Shown: positions 38,052 to 47,253 of the stretch, piece after piece
Layout of the letters: each line of letters opens with the position of its first letter
Position numbering within the stretch: position 1 is the stretch's first letter
Assembly: GCA_016183565.1 (NCBI GenBank)
Contig: JACPEJ010000001.1
Span: 550,479-614,478 of the forward strand
Direction: 5' to 3'
DNA: 64,000 bases
DNA from: Candidatus Blackburnbacteria bacterium
GTDB taxonomy: Bacteria > Patescibacteriota > Microgenomatia > UBA8517 > UBA10165
Notes under the pieces: generated by a model
Told to the model about the DNA's origin: nothing
The model's input: the letters and a program-made list of their open reading frames with translations, nothing else
Database searches by the model: none
Position numbers and translations under genes: made by a program

Positions 38052-38771
38052 TTAAACTACCAAAAAGTATTTTTTAAAAGGTAAGGATATTTGACCTTCT
38101 TCATTTACAAATTTATCCGTAGACAAAGATAAGCATGCAATTTTAGATTTACCATATAGAAATAATAAATGACCACTGTTAGAAGTTGCTGTTAACCAAG
38201 ACTTTTTAATTACTTCAACATTGTGAACTTGCCAAAATAGCTGAAATAAAGTTATTGGGATCATAAGAATTAGTATCATATTGATAACAAATTTAATTGT
38301 TGATAAATCATTAATACCTGTAAATTTATTTAAGAGAAAAGGTCCAAAGAAATATAAGGAGATGCCAATAAGGATCGCGTTTACTAGGTTTTGCAAACGT
38401 CTGTCTACAAAATAATTATTATTAGTCTCTATTAAGAAGGCAGGAACTGGAAATAACTTAAGTTCAAAGCAAAGCTTCTTAGATATAAGTTGGTCATCTG
38501 GGTAAACTTGTCTAATTAGAACTTCAATCGGCCGAAATGGAATAAAGTTATAAAGCCAATCTTTGAATGTAATAATTCCAGATTCTTTAGATTTGAATTT
38601 TTTAATAGCATCCTTGATAGTTTTAGTAGTAAAAAATATTGGAACACCGATAAAAATGACTACAGACATTATTATAAGAACTATTGTTGCTAAATCACGA
38701 AGTTGTTTGTTAGAGGTGGGATTAGAAATTATGATTGCTCCACCAAAAAGCACTATCACAACTAATAACAC
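38052..38771 (-). CDS. Polytopic membrane protein (hypothetical), convergent with the two genes above
   Basis: 239 aa with 5-6 TM helices. Confidence 0.4.
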   Translation of the reverse strand: MLLVVIVLFGGAIIISNPTSNKQLRDLATIVLIIMSVVIFIGVPIFFTTKTIKDAIKKFKSKESGIITFKDWLYNFIPFRPIEVLIRQVYPDDQLISKKLCFELKLFPVPAFLIETNNNYFVDRRLQNLVNAILIGISLYFFGPFLLNKFTGINDLSTIKFVINMILILMIPITLFQLFWQVHNVEVIKKSWLTATSNSGHLLFLYGKSKIACLSLSTDKFVNEEGQISLPFKKYFLVV

Positions 38772-39045
38772 CAGAATAAAAGTTAATAGAAAAGATTTTA
38801 TAGCTTTAGTATAGCAAATCTACTATCTATAATTCTCTAAAAAAAGAGAAGATAAAATCAGTACCGTTCCCCTTAAAATTTCTGCTACAATATCAGGGGG
38901 AGAAAAGTTTTCGCGCACGGGAGGGCGGGGCAAGAAAACATTAAATTGTTTTTGTGTCCTTGTCCGCCATAGGCGGACTATAAATAATAAAAATCGCGCG
39001 CATTTAAAATACTTTCTAAGTATTTTGCAAAAAATACATAGAGCG

Positions 39046-39140
39046 AGGCCGAAGGCTGAGCGGATAAGATGGCCCGCCTCTGGCGGGCCTACCGATTCGA
39101 CTTGAAGCGAGTTCGGATTTTTCGATAAAGGTCGACTAAT
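39046..39140 (-). repeat. Inverted repeat X (right copy)
   Basis: Exact reverse complement of 36886-36975. Ends 8 nt before tRNA-Gly(TCC). Confidence 0.7.
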
Positions 39141-39147
39141 TCAAAGT

Positions 39148-39221
39148 GCGGGTGTAGTTCAATGGTAGAACACCACCCTTCCAAGGTGGATGTGGCAGTT
39201 CGATTCTGCTCACCCGCTCCA
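39148..39221 (+). tRNA. tRNA-Gly (TCC)
   Basis: GCGGGTGTAGTTCAATGGTAGAACACCACCCTTCCAAGGTGG... has anticodon loop CTTCCAA, T-loop TTCGATT and an encoded CCA. Confidence 0.85.
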
Positions 39222-39327
39222 AACCGGACATAAGTCCGGTTTTTTTTGTTTTAGCCAAGGAATACACTTTTCCCCGAGTTCGAGCCTAAATTTTTACTAA
39301 AATTGTTTTAGCCTGGAGAGTTGCAAT

Positions 39328-39348
39328 ACCGGTAATGGGAATCGAACC
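39328..39348 (-). other. tRNA 3'-end-like fragment (T-loop + acceptor 3' strand) without a tRNA body
   Basis: The reverse complement reads aGGTTCGATTCCCATTACCGGTa. The T-loop/T-stem is identical to that of tRNA-Gly(GCC), but no 5' half is present. Possible att-site remnant. Confidence 0.35.
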
Positions 39349-39362
39349 TAAAAGTTAGTTAA

Positions 39363-40133
39363 CTATTTACTCTTCTCTAATTTAAAAAAGTGTTCTTCTA
39401 TCTTTTCTGCTTTTCTCATAACCATTTCATAAACTAAGATTAATGGTGTAATTGTAAGAAGAATTTGTCCGACCTCATCTTCACGCATGCAAGCAATATC
39501 TTTTTGATAGACCATTTTGCCATCAATTATTCCCCAATATGGCTCGAGAGCAAGGTAATTTGGATGGGTAAACTCAGAGAAAAAATCATAACTTTCCAAA
39601 ATATAATCTTTATTTTTTGATCCTATTGCAGTTAGCTGGGCATTCAGTAATTTGTTTACTTCTCTTACATAATCTGCTGAATGGAAAATCTGTGGTGCCT
39701 TAGAAAAAGTAGTTTTGCCAGACATTGTTTTAGTGTTCTGACCCATGGTTGCAACATATAATATTTCCCAAACTTCTTCATGGTTAGTCATTTTTTTATT
39801 GATCTTACGAACCATATGTGCAAGTGCACCAATTGTTTCTATGCATGAGCGAACCATACTGGCCGCTTCTGGATTTTGAGCATTGATTCCAGAAATTAAT
39901 AAGTTCAATTGATGAATTAATTTTATATGAATAATGTTGGTGTAATGAGAAAAATGGTGATACAAGTCGACACTTTTATTACCCGTAGGTTCAGGAGGTG
40001 GAACTATCTTTCTCCTCTTCTTTAGTTGCTTATAAAGACTATCCAATTCAATAAGTTGTTTTTTAAATGAATGGTATTTTTGCCAAGTTTTTTTCATTTT
40101 ATAACAGCGATCCCTATGGCTAAGATGGATCAC
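39363..40133 (-). CDS. Hypothetical protein, divergent from the SIR2-like gene
   Basis: 256 aa with no recognisable motif. Probable start at the internal MKKTWQKY. Confidence 0.4.
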   Translation of the reverse strand: MIHLSHRDRCYKMKKTWQKYHSFKKQLIELDSLYKQLKKRRKIVPPPEPTGNKSVDLYHHFSHYTNIIHIKLIHQLNLLISGINAQNPEAASMVRSCIETIGALAHMVRKINKKMTNHEEVWEILYVATMGQNTKTMSGKTTFSKAPQIFHSADYVREVNKLLNAQLTAIGSKNKDYILESYDFFSEFTHPNYLALEPYWGIIDGKMVYQKDIACMREDEVGQILLTITPLILVYEMVMRKAEKIEEHFFKLEKSK

Positions 40134-40317
40134 TTGTGGGCCATCAGCTCTCTAAAAGTAAGATACCTTCACCACAGCGATCATTCGGTACTAGTATTTT
40201 AACATTTAACTAGGCCTCTTCATAACTAAAGGCTTAAAAAGCCAACAAAACTATGCGATTGATTAACTCTTTGAGTTATATAACGATTTCTAGCTGAGCA
40301 AGCTATAATATGGACAA

Positions 40318-41316
40318 ATGGAAGATTATAAGAAACATATGAGTAATCAGATACCCAAGGAGAAAAACCTAACTATGGGCGCGCCTCATTTAGTTCTCTT
40401 GGGCGCCGGAGCTAGTAAAGCTGCTTTCCCAAATGGTGACGCAAATGGTAAAGAATTGCCATTAACTAAAGACTTGGCTAGAGTATGCAAGCTTGGAGAG
40501 ATTGACCCCCAAGCAGAAAAGGCAAAGGACTTTGAAAGTTACTACTCCGATTTAACAGACACAAAAATCAAAAGCGCAATGGAATCAAGAATATTCGACT
40601 ATTTTTCTTCTTTAAGGTTGCCTACTGAACCTACAATTTACGATTACTTAGTACTTTCACTTAGAAAAAAGGATGTAATTGCCACATTTAATTGGGACCC
40701 CTTTTTATCTCAAGCGGGGCAAAGAAACCATCAAATAGGCTCTATGCCGCAAGTTTTATATTTACACGGCTCGGTGTTTGTTGGATACTGCATGAAAGAT
40801 AAGACAATGGGTATGGCTGGCTACCCATGTAGTAAATGCAATAAACCCTTTACCAGACCTGATTTACTTTATCCCGTTAAAGAAAAGAACTATCAAAAAG
40901 ACGAAATCATAAAAACAAATTGGGACTATTTACAAAAAGTTCTGAAACGGGCCTACATTTTTACAATTTTTGGTTACAGTGCACCGAAAACTGATGTTGA
41001 AGCTATTGATTTACTCAAGAAAGGCTGGGGCGACAAAGCAAAAAGAAATCTTGAAGAAGTAGAAATCATAAATCGACCCGGGGCCGATAAAGACAAGTTA
41101 AGAGAGGTATGGGACGAATTTATACATACACACCATTATGGAGTCATTGATGATTTTTTTAACTCCTGGCTGATAAAACACCCCAGACGAAGTTGTGACG
41201 CTATGTGGGAAACTTTAATGATGGTAAGGCCATATAAAGAAACGCCACCACCGATAACGAAAAATTTGAATGAGCTACAAAAATGGTTTTCAGATAGACT
41301 TACTCAATACGAATAG
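40318..41316 (+). CDS. SIR2-family (sirtuin-like NAD-binding) protein, defence-type SIR2_2-like
   Basis: LVLLGAGASKAAFPNGD (GAGxS Rossmann motif), ATFNWDPFL (cf. TQNIDGL), LYLHGSVFVGYCMKDK...YPCSKC (zinc CxxC pair), IFTIFGYSAPKTD (GTS-like). Confidence 0.65.
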   Translation: MEDYKKHMSNQIPKEKNLTMGAPHLVLLGAGASKAAFPNGDANGKELPLTKDLARVCKLGEIDPQAEKAKDFESYYSDLTDTKIKSAMESRIFDYFSSLRLPTEPTIYDYLVLSLRKKDVIATFNWDPFLSQAGQRNHQIGSMPQVLYLHGSVFVGYCMKDKTMGMAGYPCSKCNKPFTRPDLLYPVKEKNYQKDEIIKTNWDYLQKVLKRAYIFTIFGYSAPKTDVEAIDLLKKGWGDKAKRNLEEVEIINRPGADKDKLREVWDEFIHTHHYGVIDDFFNSWLIKHPRRSCDAMWETLMMVRPYKETPPPITKNLNELQKWFSDRLTQYE

Positions 41317-41606
41317 ACCAAATTTGGCGTTTTTCGTAAAGCGAGAGTCGTCAGTTATGATGACTCTCTACTTATGATTTAAACTGTGTATAGTGTTTAT
41401 TAAAAACCTCATAACTTGGGATATTTAGATATTCTTTCAATTCATTAAGTTGTACAATTAACTTAGGAGTAATGTAGTACCGTAAGCCGATTTTAATGAA
41501 AGAAATAAACGGCAAATCTGGTTGAAGTAGGTATTGTTTGATATATTCATCCAGGCTAAACAGGTTCGAGCAAAGTACGGTGACCAGCTCTGAAAAGTGA
41601 ATAACT

Positions 41607-42443
41607 ATGAAAAAGAATACCTCACTGGCAATTTTTGAGAACTTTAAGATACGCCGTGTTTATGTTGAAAAAACCGAGACATGGTATTTCTCGGTAGTGG
41701 ATATTATTCATGCATTAGATGTAAGTTCTGATGCTAGGAATTATTGGAAAGTATTAAAAAGCAATTTGAGAAAAGAAGGAAGTGAGGTGGTTACAAAAAT
41801 TAACCAACTGAAAATGACAGCCTCTGATGGAAAAAGCTATAAGACAGATGCCACTAACACAGAAACCATCCTTCGCCTTATCCAATCTGTTCCCTCCAAA
41901 AAAGCAGAACCCATAAAACTCTGGCTTGCAAAAGTTGGCTATGAACGTATGCAGGAAATGACTGATCCGGAAAAGGCTCTCAACCGCTCAAGAGAATATT
42001 GGCAAAAGCAAGGCCGAAGTGAAAAGTGGATACAGCAGCGGATGATGAGTCAGGAAACACGAAATAAGCTAACGGACTATTGGAGTGGGCATGGGGTCAA
42101 AAAAGACCAGGAATTTGCTATTCTTACCAATATTATTCATCAGGAGTGGTCTGATCTGTCAGTCAAAGATCACAAAAATTTGAAAGGGTTAAAGACCCAG
42201 AATCTTAGAGATCATATGAGCGAAGCTGAACTAATTTTTACTGCCTTGGCCGAACTTTCTACTCGGCAAATCGCCGAACGCGTCCGGGCAGAAGGGTTTG
42301 ATCAGAATAAAATTCCAGCCAAAAAGGGTGGGAAGATTGCCAAAGATGCCAGAATGGCACTTGAAGAAAAAACAGGGAAATCAGTAATCACCGGAGAAAA
42401 TTTCTTGCCTCACTCAAAAAAAGAAAAGGCGAAGTTTAAATAA
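41607..42443 (+). CDS. Bro-N domain protein (DinD/phage antirepressor-like)
   Basis: The N-terminal AIFENFKIRRVYVEKTETWYFSVVDIIHAL resembles the Bro-N fold. 278 aa. A frameshifted paralog lies at 42857-43431. Confidence 0.55.
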   Translation: MKKNTSLAIFENFKIRRVYVEKTETWYFSVVDIIHALDVSSDARNYWKVLKSNLRKEGSEVVTKINQLKMTASDGKSYKTDATNTETILRLIQSVPSKKAEPIKLWLAKVGYERMQEMTDPEKALNRSREYWQKQGRSEKWIQQRMMSQETRNKLTDYWSGHGVKKDQEFAILTNIIHQEWSDLSVKDHKNLKGLKTQNLRDHMSEAELIFTALAELSTRQIAERVRAEGFDQNKIPAKKGGKIAKDARMALEEKTGKSVITGENFLPHSKKEKAKFK

Positions 42444-42454
42444 AGTAAAATACG

Positions 42455-42736
42455 ATGTGTGAACGAGAGGGCTATCCAATTACCGAAACTCAAATTGAAG
42501 AAGTTAGACCTGATTTAGTTGCTTTAAAATTGCCAAGAGGAGTTTATAGTATGGGTATGGGTGGTGCTCAATTTTATCAAGAAGCAAATGCTGATTGGAA
42601 ACAATCTAATAGAGTCGACAAACCATTTGCTCTTGGCTATAATGACGTAGTTAGGATTGAGGGAAATGCTAATGAGCTTTGGCAAAACGTTAACTATAAT
42701 TGGGATGGAACCCCCAAGAAAACTGATTCGCGCTGA
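42455..42736 (+). CDS. Hypothetical small protein
   Basis: 93 aa ORF starting 12 nt after the Bro-N gene. No motif. Confidence 0.3.
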   Translation: MCEREGYPITETQIEEVRPDLVALKLPRGVYSMGMGGAQFYQEANADWKQSNRVDKPFALGYNDVVRIEGNANELWQNVNYNWDGTPKKTDSR

Positions 42737-42856
42737 TAAATAACTTCATTAACTTCAGGATGATTCTCTTTGTTATCAATATTGTGTAATACAGCTACAC
42801 CAAGAATAACTTCTGGGTATTGCTTAAATATTTCGTCTTTTATAATCAGATTCATG

Positions 42857-43431
42857 TTATTTCTTCAGTAACTTTCTACCCTTCTTCTTGGGTAAATAAT
42901 TTTGTGCAGTTATTACTTTTCTTCCAGTTTCTTTTTCCAAATTAGATCTAGCATCCCCGGCAATTTTACCACCACGTTTTGAGACTTGTTTGTTTTTCTC
43001 AAAACCTTGAGGATGTTCTGTTTTGGTAATTTCTGTGGTGGCTGCTTCACCAAGCTGAGAGAATAAAAGCTCCAGATCGTTCATATGATCTCGCAGATTT
43101 TCCCTCCTAAATCTTTTTATACTGCGATGGAGTAACGCCAAATGTTGCTCTGGATAATTCGGAAAATTCCCTCAGTATTGGCGCAATTCATCTTCTGTTT
43201 ACCACCGCTGGTTTCTATTGCAAGGGTATGTACAATTTGTACCCACCCCTTAGAGAGCTCTGGGTCACGAATTCTCATACGCTGGATATATTGCTTTGAG
43301 TCACTTGAGTCAATCAGTGCTAAAACTACATCCTCAACTACAAACCACCACTCATTTTTATGTATAGTCTTTCTTATTTTTCTATTTCGAAAGATAGCTA
43401 TTTTAGTTGTTTGTACTGTTTCTTGATTCAT
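42857..43431 (-). pseudogene. Split/frameshifted Bro-N (DinD-like) paralog
   Basis: ORF 43117..43431 is a Bro-N domain (IFRNRKIRKTIHKNEWWFVVEDVVLALI). ORF 42857..43141 matches the C-terminal part of 41607..42443 (NLRDHM..ELLF..L.E....EI.....GF..NK...K.GGKIA.DAR..LE..TG..VIT..N.LP). The two halves lie in different frames and overlap by 25 nt. Confidence 0.55.
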
Positions 43432-43463
43432 GAAATTATCATCACAATCTCTATATTACACCG

Positions 43464-43513
43464 CTTAATTAAAAATTGTTATTGCACTTTATTGTGCAAA
43501 GAAAACCCGCAAC
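43464..43513 (-). promoter_or_regulatory. Conserved promoter/operator-like block (cttaattaaaaat.gttattg.actttatt.t.ca..aaaacccg)
   Basis: Near-identical to 61939-61988, with a partial copy at 63475-63489. All three lie just upstream of minus-strand genes (Bro-N fragment, Xis-like HTH, brnT). Confidence 0.45.
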
Positions 43514-43682
43514 AATAAAGAGTTAGCAGGGAGAAAAAGTAACTTATTTTGAATTAGCAAGAAACTTCAAGGCTAAATTAGGCTCCAATCCGTACAAAAA
43601 AACTGGTAGAATTGCAGAGGAGCTAAATTCTTGAATGAACCCTGGCAGTCTGTGTAAGATTCGTTCAGGAGCTCAGGCAAAC

Positions 43683-44042
43683 TTAATACTTTAACTCCTG
43701 AATGAGGATGCTTTTGGGGGAGAAGAGTTCGATAATTGGTCGAAGGGAATCAAATCTAAGTCCTTCAGAGCAGGTCATTAAATCAAGATGAATAAAGTTG
43801 TTCTCTGGCCATGTGTGGCAAATTAGATGTGATTGAGAGAGCACGAGTACACGAGTTAAACCCCCACCAGGAAAATCGTGGTCAACTTCTTGGACAACCT
43901 TAAGGTTCAGTACTTCAACAATTTTTTCTAAAAGACTACTTACAAATAGTTTATCTATTTCCTGGTTTTCAGCGAAGACCAGTTTTATTGCTAAGTGGTC
44001 AAAATAGGGCAAACTAGTCACAAAAAACATGATACCACACAT
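43683..44042 (-). CDS. speH: S-adenosylmethionine decarboxylase proenzyme (small bacterial/archaeal SpeH type)
   Basis: VLVLSQSHLICHTWPE matches the AdoMetDC self-processing / pyruvoyl-forming Ser motif (..SESHI.IHTWPE). Confidence 0.7.
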   Translation of the reverse strand: MCGIMFFVTSLPYFDHLAIKLVFAENQEIDKLFVSSLLEKIVEVLNLKVVQEVDHDFPGGGLTRVLVLSQSHLICHTWPENNFIHLDLMTCSEGLRFDSLRPIIELFSPKSILIQELKY

Positions 44043-44066
44043 ACTTTAGTCGTGCTATATTAAGGT

Positions 44067-45587
44067 ATGTTTTCTTCGGTTGGTCTTAGGAGATTTTTAC
44101 CTCTTTTAATAATTTTTGCTTTGTTTTTTCTGCCAACTTTGGACACAGATTTAGGTTGGCATCTTCGCTATGGTGAGCACTTCTTAAATACCGGCAAGAT
44201 TCTTCAGGAAAACACTCTCACTTATTACCTTGCTGACTATAATTGGGCACACCCGTACACTCTTTACCAAATAGCAACCGCCTTAATTTACCGAGGCGGT
44301 GGCCTTTTTCTCTTAAGCCTTAGCTTGTCGCTGTTAGTAGTAGTCACATACATCATCTTTGAAAAAATAAACCCAGAGCTGACTTTTATAAATCTTGCCG
44401 GCTTCTTAGCAATAACAACCTTCGGGTGGAATGTCTTTTATCTTGGTTGGCGCGCACAAGTCTTTACTGTTGTCGGACTGATATTAACTTTTTATTTGCT
44501 CAAGAAACTCCAAGAACTACCACAAAGATATTTTCTCTTACTCTTTCTATTACTCTTACTTTTTGCTCTCTGGGCAAATTTCCATGGAGGATTTGTTTCC
44601 GGCTTAGTTGTTTTAGCAGCATCAACTCTTAATGCAGCATGGCAACGCAATTGGGTAGTCGCACGTCGTCTTGCCCTCGCCACACTTACTGCCACGGCGG
44701 CGGTACTTATCAACCCCTATGGTATACAAAACTACTATTGGGTAGCAGATCATGCAAGAGTGCCGCTGCAAAACTTAATTGCAGAATGGGTTCCTCCGAG
44801 CGATGCAATTAAAGCTTTGCTTCTTGTTATTGCAAATATAATTGTTTTCTTTCTGCTTACTCGAAAAACACAACAAAAGATTTTTTGGCTTCTGGTGGTA
44901 ATTTCTGCAACAGTTTTGACAATTCAGGCGAGAAGAAATTATCCGATATTTGCTTTAGTTTCAACTCTTGCGTTAATTGATGTATTTAAGGATAAACTAG
45001 AGGTAATAGAAAAACATGAGATTGTACAAAAAGGTTTTGTTGTTCTTTCGGGGGTAGCGCTTGCGACTTTCGCGATAGTCAATTTTCCTAAAACTACAAG
45101 AATAGATACAGACTGGAAAAGCTATTGCAATGATGGTATTCGTATCCTCCCGTGTCGTGCCACAGAATATATTCGTGCATATCTACCTCAGGGTGAAAAT
45201 GTTTATACGGCCTATGAATGGGGTGGTTTTCTTGAGTGGCAGTTACCTCAATACAAGTATTTTGTTGACGGGAGGATGCCAGCGTGGACGACATCGGAAA
45301 ATAAAACAAATCAGAATTTGTCTTCAACTGACGTAGCAGGTCATTCCCTTCGGGAATGGAAAACAAATCAGAATTTGTCTTCAACTTCGTATAAAAGCCC
45401 GTATACAATTTATCTGGAATTAATCCAAGCCCAATCTGGTTATAAAGAACGTCTAGATAAATACGGCACAGACTGGCTTTTTATTGGTAGTGGTACATTT
45501 CTTGATATAGAGCTTACGAACAACAAGGCTTCTCCTTGGAAAGAGATATATCGGGACGAAGTTGCAGTGATATATACAAAGAAGTAA
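44067..45587 (+). CDS. Polytopic membrane protein, putative GT-C glycosyltransferase; contains an in-frame repeat insertion
   Basis: ~12 TM helices and a C-terminal periplasmic-type domain. A 27-bp direct repeat with a palindromic spacer lies at 45303-45386, inside the reading frame. Confidence 0.5.
   Translation: MFSSVGLRRFLPLLIIFALFFLPTLDTDLGWHLRYGEHFLNTGKILQENTLTYYLADYNWAHPYTLYQIATALIYRGGGLFLLSLSLSLLVVVTYIIFEKINPELTFINLAGFLAITTFGWNVFYLGWRAQVFTVVGLILTFYLLKKLQELPQRYFLLLFLLLLLFALWANFHGGFVSGLVVLAASTLNAAWQRNWVVARRLALATLTATAAVLINPYGIQNYYWVADHARVPLQNLIAEWVPPSDAIKALLLVIANIIVFFLLTRKTQQKIFWLLVVISATVLTIQARRNYPIFALVSTLALIDVFKDKLEVIEKHEIVQKGFVVLSGVALATFAIVNFPKTTRIDTDWKSYCNDGIRILPCRATEYIRAYLPQGENVYTAYEWGGFLEWQLPQYKYFVDGRMPAWTTSENKTNQNLSSTDVAGHSLREWKTNQNLSSTSYKSPYTIYLELIQAQSGYKERLDKYGTDWLFIGSGTFLDIELTNNKASPWKEIYRDEVAVIYTKK
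45303..45386 (+). repeat. 27-bp direct repeat (aaaacaaatcagaatttgtcttcaact) x2 flanking a 30-bp palindromic spacer, inside a CDS
   Basis: Copies at 45303-45329 and 45360-45386. The spacer gacgtagcaggtcattcccttcgggaatgg contains cattccc-ttcg-ggaatg. It encodes the in-frame peptide duplication KTNQNLSST...KTNQNLSST. Confidence 0.7.
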
Positions 45588-45614
45588 GGTCACAAAATAG
45601 TGTAATATTGTTTT

Positions 45615-47108
45615 GTGGGGAGAATTTCAAAACAACTTCAACAAAGACACATTTTGCTTCTTTTGATAATTCTCGGGTTAAGTCTTTTCTTGCGTACATA
45701 CCAGATTGTAGATAGACTTGGATTTGATCATGATGGTGATCTTTTTTCTTGGATTGTTAAAGATATTGTTATTGATAAACACCTTCGTTTGATTGGGCAA
45801 CTAACTTCAGCTGATGGAATCTTCATAGGCCCGCTTTTTTACTATATGCTTATACCTTTCTTCCTCCTTTTTAGGATGGATCCAATTGGGGGAGTGGTGC
45901 CAATTACTGCAATAGGAGTTTTAACAACACTAAGCTATTACATTGTGTTTTCTCAATTATGGAATAGAAAAGCTGGTTTGATTGGAGCGTTTTTCCATGC
46001 CGTACTTCTTTCATCTGTTTATTTTGACCAAAGAGTAGTGCCAAGCACCCTTACTAATCTTTGGACAATTTGGTATTTCTATACATTGATAAATATTGCT
46101 CGGGGTAATTTTAGGCCCCTTTGGTTACTTGGAATTTTGACAGGTTTAATTTGGCATATTCATATTGCCCTTTTTCCAGCGTTAGTTGCAGTACCATTTG
46201 CGCTACTTGTTGCCAAAAAGCGACCCGATAAAAAAGCGGTTGTGCTTTTTGTTATTATTCTTATTCTTACTTCTCTGCCACTTTTAGCTTTTGAAGTACG
46301 TCATGATTTTTCGCAAACTCAAAGTCTTATACAAAATTTTAAAACTCCTCACAATGTCGAGAGTCCTGGTATTAGTAAGCTTAATCATGTGATTTTGAAA
46401 GTGACAGGTAACGTGGTACGACTTTTCTTTTATCCCCAAAATCCGCCCTTTAATCACAAACTTCTTCTTGTTGCATTGTTGTTGTCTCCCGTGCTTCTAA
46501 ATACAAAAAAACTGCTTAGTTTTAAAGAGGTTTCTGTGTTTTATGTTTGGATATTTGGCGTGATGATGTTTTTCAGTTTTTCTTCCAGCATCTTATCTGA
46601 GTACTATTTTGCCAATATAGAAGTTATATTTTTAGCAAGTTGTAGTTTGACTTTGCTGTTTTTATTAAACTCTTCCCGGGTAGGAAAATATTTGGTATTA
46701 GGGTTACTGGGCATAATTCTTGTTAAGAATATGGTGTTTTTAGTAACGTATGAAATATACCAAAAGGGATACAGTGAACGTAAAGCAATCGCAAACTATA
46801 TTACATCTGATTCTAAAACAAAAGGTTACCCTTGTGTTTCTGTTTCTTATATAACTCCACCAGGTGAGAATGTGGGTTTTCGTTACTTTTTTTGGTTAAA
46901 CAAACTTCATGTTAATCAACCTTCAAGTGGGGCGCCTGTTTATACAATTGTTCATCCTATTGAATTGGCCCCAGAAAATATTACGTTTAGAAGTGGGCAA
47001 ATAGGGGTAATTCTTCCAGAGCGAATGCCTCCGGAGGAGAGCTTGAAAAAAAGCTGTAGCGGTGAAAATGCCAATTTGACAGACTCTATGTTTGGGTTTA
47101 CGAGGTAG
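45615..47108 (+). CDS. Polytopic membrane protein, ArnT/PMT-like GT-C glycosyltransferase (putative)
   Basis: N-terminal TM followed by FDHDGDLFSW (a DxD-like loop-1 motif) and ~11 TM helices. 497 aa. Confidence 0.5.
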   Translation: MGRISKQLQQRHILLLLIILGLSLFLRTYQIVDRLGFDHDGDLFSWIVKDIVIDKHLRLIGQLTSADGIFIGPLFYYMLIPFFLLFRMDPIGGVVPITAIGVLTTLSYYIVFSQLWNRKAGLIGAFFHAVLLSSVYFDQRVVPSTLTNLWTIWYFYTLINIARGNFRPLWLLGILTGLIWHIHIALFPALVAVPFALLVAKKRPDKKAVVLFVIILILTSLPLLAFEVRHDFSQTQSLIQNFKTPHNVESPGISKLNHVILKVTGNVVRLFFYPQNPPFNHKLLLVALLLSPVLLNTKKLLSFKEVSVFYVWIFGVMMFFSFSSSILSEYYFANIEVIFLASCSLTLLFLLNSSRVGKYLVLGLLGIILVKNMVFLVTYEIYQKGYSERKAIANYITSDSKTKGYPCVSVSYITPPGENVGFRYFFWLNKLHVNQPSSGAPVYTIVHPIELAPENITFRSGQIGVILPERMPPEESLKKSCSGENANLTDSMFGFTR

Positions 47109-47149
47109 CAAATGGGGGTTGAAAATGGTAAAATGTGTGCTAGAATCTT

Positions 47150-47225
47150 GCGCCCATAGCTCAATGGATAGAGCAGGAGTGTTCTAAACTCAAGGTTGGG
47201 GGTTCGACTCCCTCTGGGCGCGCCA
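47150..47225 (+). tRNA. tRNA-Arg (TCT)
   Basis: GCGCCCATAGCTCAATGGATAGAGCAGGAGTGTTCTAAACTCA... gives anticodon TCT with canonical numbering, T-loop TTCGACT and an encoded CCA. Confidence 0.8.
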
Positions 47226-47253
47226 GGTCAAACTTGGTTACACTAGGAGAAAT

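Noticed and set aside
47150-47225. Reading the tRNA at 47150 as an amber suppressor (anticodon CTA)
   Set aside because: With canonical numbering (7-bp acceptor, 4-bp D-stem), the anticodon occupies positions 34-36 as TCT with U33 and A37. The CTA reading requires shifting the loop by one nucleotide.
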